Below are positions 62,201 to 64,000 of a stretch of 64,000 nt of DNA, one piece after another. Each line of letters starts with the position of its first letter. The first letter of the stretch is position 1. The notes beneath the pieces were generated by a model. It ran no database searches. It was not told the origin of the DNA and worked only from the letters and a program-made list of their open reading frames with translations. The DNA lies in contig NC_045696.1 of assembly GCF_009834535.1 (NCBI RefSeq), forward strand, positions 20,524,001 through 20,588,000. The letters are read 5' to 3'. Position numbers and translations under genes: made by a program. Source of the stretch: Camelus ferus (Eukaryota).

Positions 62201-64000
62201 AAAAAAAGGAGCTACAAATGCAAACTTTGTGGTTTCCTTGAACTCAGCTTATTAACTGCACACAAAACCATTATCTGTGACATCAAAAGTTTTAAAAATT
62301 AATATTTAATATACTGAAATTAAAAAATTAAATTTTTTTTATATTTTTTGGTTCAGCTTGAAAAAATTACATTATATATAATTCTAGTAAATGTTAGCAA
62401 GCACATTTCAAAGTTCATAGTCTGTATAATTAAATTAACTTAAATATTTTAAAATGTATCCATAAATACACTATATTAGATTTTAAGCACCTATAAACAA
62501 AGCCTTCCCATGTATAAATCTAATAAATTAAACATGTCAATATGGTTACTCTTATGCTTTCTGAATATACCAATGATATCAACAATTTAAGTTCTCTTTT
62601 ATCTTTAAATTTAAATCTGAAGTTTGAATTTGTTGCACAATAATATTTTAAACTTGATTTATAATAGTAAATTATTTAATACCCTACTATGCTTGAATCT
62701 CTTATTGATGCTAAATGATTAAAACAAAATAGATGTGGATAATTTCTGAAATAAATATTTTATTTTAAATGTTATTATAATGATAATTATTTATATTTAA
62801 CTTTAAATTCCTCAAATTATGTTTTTTAACTCTTTCAAAATTAAATTAAGGGTTATTTTCTTACTGGAGCAAAATTGTTATATAGTCCAGAATATTTGAT
62901 CAGGATACAAAGTTTGGACCTGCAGAAATCCAAAGAGATATTTCTAATAACTAGAAGAGTCAAGTTGAGCCTTCTTTTATAGAACCAATAGAAGCTGCTG
63001 GCCCATGCTATACTAAGGTAGATGTCTCACAGCCCCAGTTCTCTGTGCCCAAGTAGAAACATTTCTAATTCTTAAGTCTGCCTTGAGACTACAGCTCCTC
63101 ATCCAGGTAGTTTACCACTGATTTGAATTAAACTATTCTGAATTGTTGTATTCTTCTATCTAGAAGAATGGGGCATGTTATTAAATTCCATTTTTTATGT
63201 TTGGCCATAAAGGCATGTTCTTAGGCCATTTCGATAAGAAGAGTCTGATTCAGGGCCGTAGAGGAAGTGAAAAAATTCTATTTAAAAAAATAAATAAAAT
63301 CTACAGTCCTAATGGTTCATGTTTCAAAAACAGTGCAGTATCATTTATTGTGATAAGTGAATAAAGAAGGATAAACAAGTTTTGATGATTTTCACTTCGG
63401 GTATTTTGACTTTGAGGTACTTTAATACATGACATTAATATTTTCATTATGGATATTTGAGGTACTTTGATACTAGAAGTTTCAACTTTGAGGCATTTAT
63501 CTGATTGTAAGTATATTTTGTGGTGTTTCGAGTTTGCGACTATGTGTTTGAGACTAGTTTGAAAGGTAAGGTTTGAATATATACGTGTCAAACCACAGGT
63601 GATCACCAGTGACTGGTCAAGAAGTACGAGGAGACTGAAGTATGCTAAGAATGTACAATTGGATAATACTAAGGTTTAAAGGGAAATTGTTAACGGGAAG
63701 TTGTTAGTAGGAAGTAAGATAAAAGTGTCAGTGAATCCAGTATTATTCTTATACTAATAAAATCAGCAAAACTCTTAACTGGAGAATTCTGAATCCCTAT
63801 CAAATTGTTCTGGTAAATTATGATTCAATATCATATTCTCATCTGTTGTTAATTGAAAATTGAAGAAGGAGTCTTAAGAGTAATGACACTAGGCATGACA
63901 CAAAATCATTAAATTTATCATTTTTACATTGTTTAATATCATATATAGAATTTGATTCCAGGAAATAGTTTACATTATCTGCTTTCTAAGCATCATTTCT

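Noticed and set aside
1..64000. CRISPR array, prokaryotic operon, NUMT or non-retroviral viral insert
   Set aside because: No regularly spaced repeat-spacer array, no long ORFs, and no mitochondrial or viral signature seen; the sequence is typical eutherian repeat-rich DNA.

Overview
AT-rich, repeat-dense mammalian non-coding DNA, either a gene desert or the interior of a very large intron. A young tRNA-derived SINE with the camelid-type 'AATAAACCTAATTACCCCCC' tail (3733-3867) points to a camel/alpaca/llama genome. I find no supportable protein-coding gene, structural RNA gene or CRISPR array. The listed ORFs are chance ORFs or decayed transposon frames; the only recognisable protein fossils are ERVL pol (RT/RNaseH, integrase) and L1 ORF1/ORF2. 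The window is a layered fossil record of L2, MIR, old and younger L1, MaLR LTRs, two TSD-flanked ERV1-type solo LTRs, Tigger2, MER3 and MER103C. A few repeat-free islands look regulatory: a TATA/Inr promoter-like site at ~30.4-30.5 kb, a MEIS/SOX/POU motif cluster at ~27.0 kb, a CTCF motif at ~39.0 kb, and a CpG-retaining patch with a non-coding exon candidate at ~9.9-10.3 kb. I cannot support a new biological system here. Repeat family names are recalled by eye from consensus sequences, and boundaries are approximate unless TSDs are given.
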